A stretch of DNA of 63,862 bases, filler included, from Reticulomyxa filosa (lineage: Eukaryota > Protista > Foraminifera), in assembly GCA_000512085.1 (NCBI GenBank). It is 22 parts of 22 records of this genome, joined end to end, with 100 filler letters (N's around TTAATTAATTAA, not from the genome) between each part and the next. Parts side by side here need not be neighbours in the genome. Positions count along the whole stretch, not along the records: positions 60,735 to 62,281 come from ASPP01040623.1; positions 62,382 to 63,862 come from ASPP01001878.1; 20 more parts are not named here. The stretch is one strand, 5' to 3'. A program made the translations under genes and the position numbers. Below, piece by piece: positions 62,116-63,862 of the stretch. Every line of letters begins with the position of its first letter. Position 1 is the stretch's first letter. Under the pieces are notes generated by a model. The model saw only the letters and a program-made list of their open reading frames with translations, ran no database searches and had not been told where the DNA came from.

Positions 62116-62458
62116 TTCAATAAAATCGGAGTGAAACAGATCCTTATTGTAAAAGCAAATAAATAAAACATGTAACTCTTTAAAATTATTATGAAATACA
62201 TATAATTTATAAATTAAATAAGTATTGTTGACTTGAATAGACGTGTTAGATGAATCTTATTTTGGATAGCCCTTTTTTTGGNNNNNNNNNNNNNNNNNNN
62301 NNNNNNNNNNNNNNNNNNNNNNNNNTTAATTAATTAANNNNNNNNNNNNNNNNNNNNNNNNNNNNNNNNNNNNNNNNNNNNAAGACCTGTATTTAAATTT
62401 TCATTTTGAAAAAAAATATAAGGAAAAAACTCTTGTATTAAAACCTTTTAGGTTGATG

Positions 62459-62701
62459 ATGTTATCAAACTCTCACTCATCTTATTTTGTGGCCAATTCC
62501 TCTGTCAAATGGAGGGTCTTGGCTTTTTCAAAGCGAAACTTTCTCTCAGATTTGCTTGGAACAGATGTGTTTCGTTGGCAAAAAAAAGACTTTGCAGAAC
62601 TGAGAGCACTAGAACACATCCAATCAAAGTCACAAACAATAAAAGTGGCAGTAACTGGAGCGTCTGGGAATATTGGATATGCACTTTTATTTCGCTTAGC
62701 T
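62459..62701 (+). pseudogene. MDH: Malate dehydrogenase (cytosolic/type-2-like) N-terminal fragment with an N-terminal extension
   Basis: IKVAVTGASGNIGYALLFRLA. No downstream MDH exons recognised in the remaining 1.1 kb. Confidence 0.7.
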
Positions 62702-63862
62702 GTGACATCACTTGTGTCATCTGTTTGCTTTTTTTACCAGATATATAATCAACCAACACAGTGATTGGAAACTTGAGGTGAACAAAATTTTCAACAAAAA
62801 ATATTTTTGCTGTTAACTTTTATTTCTTTTTCACACATTTGATGTGGATCTCAAATATCCAACACAATATCGACAGGTCATTTGTGATTACAAAAAAATG
62901 ATGTATTCATTTTGAACGAAAAAATTAGTGAGTTTATCAAAATTTAATTATTTTCTTTTTTTGCGGTCCTCTTTCTTTGAAAAACACAGTTACATTGCAC
63001 AGAATCATAACTTCCCTTTTGCAATACAAAAACGACAATACCAAAATTGGATCACCACAATCAAAATCCAAACATCAAATAAGAGTCAAAATTTTTGGTT
63101 TTTCAAACTATTGTTCAATCTTTTTTTTTGTCTTTTTTCTTTAAAAGCAGTTTTATTACACAGATGTCTCATGATCATACAACTTTCTTTTGTGAACAAC
63201 AAGACATAATAAAGTATTTGTCGATTTGATTTTTTTTTCAGCACTCCAACGATGGCCCAATGGAATCCGAATTAAATCAGGTAATCTTTGTTCAATTTGC
63301 AGAGTTCTTTGTGGAAGAAAAAAAAAGACAATAATTGCAACATTGCACAAAATAAAGAGAAAAAACAAAAACAAACCTATTTGGTTCATCCAGTTGTTGG
63401 AGAATAAGACCATATCATAAATGGAGTATCACACAACAAATCTCCAAATCAAAAAGCGACTCAAGTACAGTGAAATTATTGGTATTAATAAAGGCTCTCC
63501 CAAGATCATTTCAATTCAAAGCAGGAGGATTTGTATTAAAGCTATGTTCGTCCTTCTAATTGTCCAGCTTTTTGCAGTCTCGCCACATGTTTCGTATTTT
63601 GTGCACTTTCTTGCTGGAGCCAGCCCTTTACTTCTTGGACGGAATCAATCAAAGGCTGAATTACGCTTTGTACTACCCAACTTGTTGATAATCTTTGCCA
63701 CTTTTTACTTTGCACTGCAACTCCTTCTCAATCCATTCTGTCTTTGTTGCTGTGCTATTGTGTTTGCTTTCGTACATTCTTCTGTCGCTTCTATAAATGT
63801 CTTTTCTTCTGCTTCTTCTTTCTTCGAATTTGCCGTTCTTAGTCTTTGTAACATACAAGAGA

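Noticed and set aside
661-63420. Most short F/K/I/Y-rich ORFs in the track
   Set aside because: They are translations of poly-T/poly-A and (TA)n intron or intergenic tracts, or antisense shadows of real exons.
63560-63862. Possible second LINE ORF1 remnant (RKCTKYETCGETAKSW)
   Set aside because: Too few ligands remain and there is no ORF2 downstream.

Overview
This is not continuous chromosome. It is 22 short contigs of an AT-rich, intron-containing eukaryote, joined by 21 artificial 100-nt linkers (44 N + TTAATTAATTAA + 44 N), so adjacency across a linker means nothing. The WD40 and Kelch family signatures suggest the foraminiferan Reticulomyxa filosa or a close relative (inference from recalled motifs, not a search). 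Recognisable genes or fragments: complete 8-exon clathrin heavy chain, L/F-transferase (Aat/ATEL1)-like protein, a five-cold-shock-domain protein, Sly1, GNL3/Nug1, a RING-H2 ligase, a class III cyclase domain, a divergent actin, an organellar POP-type DNA polymerase head-to-head with an OPR/FASTK-like protein, RUS1, a GT31 glycosyltransferase, MDH, and decayed WD40, Kelch, CAP-Gly and Cpn60 pieces. Mobile-element relics read by hand: an I/Jockey-type LINE, a Ty3/gypsy RT, a Tc1 transposase tail with four copies of a TA-CAG terminal repeat, a solo LTR with TSD, and a CRE-like RT. The most unusual unexplained signal is a tandem array of 6-7 hairpin units at 18111-18507 with constant flanks (GGAGAYTYGTA ... 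TACCTCTCAAC) and variable, covarying inner stems. Also notable are a 137-bp near-perfect inverted repeat and an atypical intron architecture (GTT donors, A-rich acceptors, self-complementary U/A tracts). All translations and alignments beyond the ORF track were done by eye.
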